Below, piece after piece: positions 61,595-64,000 of a DNA stretch of 64,000 nucleotides. This DNA comes from Pelagomonas calceolata. Taxonomy: Eukaryota. Made by a program: the position numbers and the translations under genes. The notes under the pieces are model-generated. The model made no database searches. It was not told where the DNA came from and worked only from the letters and a program-made list of their open reading frames with translations. The stretch's first letter is position 1. Each line of letters begins with the position of its first letter. The stretch is taken from NCBI GenBank assembly GCA_918797485.1, contig CAKKNE010000004.1:4650001-4714000 (forward strand). The letters are read 5' to 3'.

Positions 61595-63529
61595 ATGGTG
61601 CGCAGGCGGCATCGCTGCGCCGCCGCGGCCATCGTCGCGGCATCCCTGCGCCCCGCGGCGGCGCTGCTCGCGCCGCCGCGCCTCTTGCACCGCCGCAGCA
61701 CAGCAAGGAACGTGCTCGCGGACCCGCCCGAAGAAGTAGAGACGGCCATCGAAGCTCTACTGCAGGGCGCCGCCGTCACGACGACAGATACGGCCTTTGA
61801 GTTCGTCGAGCAACCCCCCGATGTGCATGAGGGCGAGCTCGCGACCGCGGAGGCCACGGTAGAAGCTCTATTGCAGGGTTCGACCTCCGACGAGACGATC
61901 CAAGTGTATGAATCGATGGAGGCGATCGCGGAGGTGGACGAACGGAAAAGTACCGAGGCCGTCGAGGAGATGCCGTTGCCGGAGTTGGAGAGGGAGATCC
62001 TCGTCGAGGACGACGATCTGTTGAGGGAGGTCGACCAGGACGACACGCTGTGGTCGCTGGTCGAAGATCTGCCGGTCGTGGCGGACCCGATCCTCGCGGC
62101 GGTCGCGCCGGACGTCGCCGTCGAAGCCGACGAGGACGCGATAACACGGAGAAAAGTGAGGATGCGCGCCCTACCTTTGTTCGTGGTCTGGCTCGCGGCG
62201 CCGACGCTATCGTTGATCGACACGGCGGTCGTCGGGCGCTTCGCGAAGGGCCCTGCTGCCGCCGCGGCGCTCGCGCCGGCCGTGTCCTTCTCCGATTCTC
62301 TAGCCTATCTGATGACGTTTTTAGCTATCAAGACGACGTCGAGGGTCGCTACTTATGTGGCGAATCACGACGGCCGAGGGGCTCGCTTAGCCGCACGAGA
62401 AGGCCTCTGGCTGTCGGCCATTGTCGGTAGTCTGATGGCCCTGTCCGGGGAACTCGGCGGCGCCGCCGGGACCCTGAGGAGCGTCTATGTCACGGGACGG
62501 ACCGCGGCGGTCCTAGCTCCGGCGACGACGTACTGTAGGATACGGGGCGCAGCCATGCCATTGCAACTGATGTGGCAGACGGCGCAGGCGGCGTCGATCG
62601 CGCGCGGCGACGCGACGGCTCCGTTACGAGCCTGCGGCTGGGCGGCGTTGTTCAATGTCGTCGGGGATATAGTGCTGGTGGCCGGTTTGGGCCTTGGCGT
62701 CGCCGGCGCAGCCTTAGCGACGGCCCTGTCGATGCTCGTTGGGTGTGCAGCACAGCTACGTTCATTGAACAAACTGGAAACAACCGAAAGGCTGCAGGAG
62801 GCTGTGTTTCAGAACGACCAGCTCGATCCAGCTGGATGTGACAGAGCGCTGGAAAAGGAAGCAAGGCCTTCCCTCGGGGCGCTCTGCCGGTTGTTCGGGG
62901 ACGCCCTACCCATCTTCGCGACGCTCTTCTCGAAAACGGTGGTAGGTGTGGTCTTGGTCGCGGCGGCCGCTGGGGCTTCTTTAGCCGAGTTGGCCTCCCA
63001 TCAAATAGCCAACGGGTTGTTCTTATTGTTTGCACCGTTCGCGGATGCTTTGAGCGCCGCCTCGCAGTCCCTGGCGCCGCGCGCGCTGCGACGAGCGAAG
63101 CAGCGGCCGCGCGTCGTGCTCTCCACTGTGCTGAGAGAAACAGGCGTCGCCGCCACCGTCGCCTTCGGCCTGACCTGGGGCTTGGCCGCGTGCGGCGGGT
63201 CGCTGTTCTCGGCGAACCCCTTCGTGCACGCGACACTTGCAAAGCTGGGGCCGTGGATCGGCGCCTCCCTCGGCGTTTATGTCTTGAACACGGTCTTCGA
63301 GGGGACGCTGTTCGCGTTCGGCCACGCGCGGTGGATTGGAGCGCTCATGCCGTTCAACGCTCTGGCCGTGGCCGTGGCCCTGCTCTCGAAGAGCGTGCGC
63401 GGCACGCCGGAGACGTGCTTGATCCGGTCGTGGATCGTCTTCGTGGCCTACCAGGTCTGGCGCGTGCCGCAGCTTGCTTTAATAGCGCGCATGCCCAAGG
63501 ACGTCCTCGCGTCGACGTCGGACGACTAG
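61595..63529 (+). CDS. MATE/DinF-type transporter, probably plastid-targeted
   Basis: PTLSLIDTAVVG, YCRIRG, FNVVGDIVLV...GVAGAALAT; about 12 hydrophobic segments; bipartite-like N-terminus. Start at ATG 61595 is inferred. Confidence 0.85.
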   Translation: MVRRRHRCAAAAIVAASLRPAAALLAPPRLLHRRSTARNVLADPPEEVETAIEALLQGAAVTTTDTAFEFVEQPPDVHEGELATAEATVEALLQGSTSDETIQVYESMEAIAEVDERKSTEAVEEMPLPELEREILVEDDDLLREVDQDDTLWSLVEDLPVVADPILAAVAPDVAVEADEDAITRRKVRMRALPLFVVWLAAPTLSLIDTAVVGRFAKGPAAAAALAPAVSFSDSLAYLMTFLAIKTTSRVATYVANHDGRGARLAAREGLWLSAIVGSLMALSGELGGAAGTLRSVYVTGRTAAVLAPATTYCRIRGAAMPLQLMWQTAQAASIARGDATAPLRACGWAALFNVVGDIVLVAGLGLGVAGAALATALSMLVGCAAQLRSLNKLETTERLQEAVFQNDQLDPAGCDRALEKEARPSLGALCRLFGDALPIFATLFSKTVVGVVLVAAAAGASLAELASHQIANGLFLLFAPFADALSAASQSLAPRALRRAKQRPRVVLSTVLRETGVAATVAFGLTWGLAACGGSLFSANPFVHATLAKLGPWIGASLGVYVLNTVFEGTLFAFGHARWIGALMPFNALAVAVALLSKSVRGTPETCLIRSWIVFVAYQVWRVPQLALIARMPKDVLASTSDD

Positions 63530-63616
63530 CGCGAAGAGCGCTCTTTCTTTTTCGCCCCGCTGTAGTGGTGTCTCCGAGAAAATAAGTATATTGTACATTT
63601 TATCTTATCACACAAC

Positions 63617-64000
63617 TCACCCCCAGACCAACGGCAGCGTGACGTCGCCGTCGGGTCCAATAGCAGGCATCTCGCGAACCGCCGGCACGTCGACGGCGTC
63701 CCACGCGTCTAGTTTGGCAATGCGGGCGGTCACGACGATGCGTGCTCCCGTCCGCGGCGGAGCGCCAGGCGTGTGGTGGACGGCGTGCTTGGCGTGCGGC
63801 TGGAGGCCCTCCCGCTGCAGATGAACCAACGCGTCGGTGGTCGGGAGCGTCCGGGCGGCGCCCAATTTCCTTTCCAAACCACTGTCCTCCCAGTTCTGGA
63901 CCGGTTTCCAGCGCACACAGTCGGCGCCCGAGTCCGTCTGCGCTTTCTCGTACAATATAAGCGTCGCCACTGCCTGCCGCGGGGCGAGCGTCGTCTGCGC
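63617..64000 (-). CDS. 3' end of a probable AlkB-like 2OG-Fe(II) dioxygenase (runs off the window)
   Basis: Open frame to the window edge; LQPHAKHAV...RIVVTAR resembles the AlkB H...RxxxTxR C-terminal motif. Confidence 0.55.
   Translation of the reverse strand, partial: AQTTLAPRQAVATLILYEKAQTDSGADCVRWKPVQNWEDSGLERKLGAARTLPTTDALVHLQREGLQPHAKHAVHHTPGAPPRTGARIVVTARIAKLDAWDAVDVPAVREMPAIGPDGDVTLPLVWG

Overview
GC-rich, gene-dense eukaryotic nuclear DNA, most likely from a pelagophyte alga (Pelagomonas/Aureococcus-like). This placement is inferred from the introner-type introns, bipartite plastid-targeting N-termini and a gene-family fragment I recall from Pelagomonas. The window holds about 24 protein-coding loci; I see no rRNA, tRNA or CRISPR. 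Main highlights: (1) A family of short non-autonomous DNA transposons (TIR CTGTGTGGAAATCAA...TTGATTTCCACACAG, 8-bp TSD) sits inside six genes. Each forms an intron whose removal restores the reading frame, in either orientation, and one copy is present in a gene but absent from its nearby paralog. (2) A phage-type thymidine-hypermodification enzyme homolog (aGPT-Pplase1/amino acid:DNA transferase) lies at about 2.1-3.2 kb. (3) A 22.6-kb gene encodes a ~7,470-aa secreted mosaic protein with two kexin-like S8+P protease modules and many RRL-type sites, a candidate self-processing polyprotein. (4) A TGS1 cap methyltransferase is fused to a 2OG-Fe(II) oxygenase, and the fusion is complete only after introner removal. 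(5) A ~1.1-1.4-kb direct duplication flanks a 4.2-kb insert. (6) A recurrent 25-bp intergenic GCTAG...CTAGC motif is present. All family calls come from motif recognition by eye, with no database searches.
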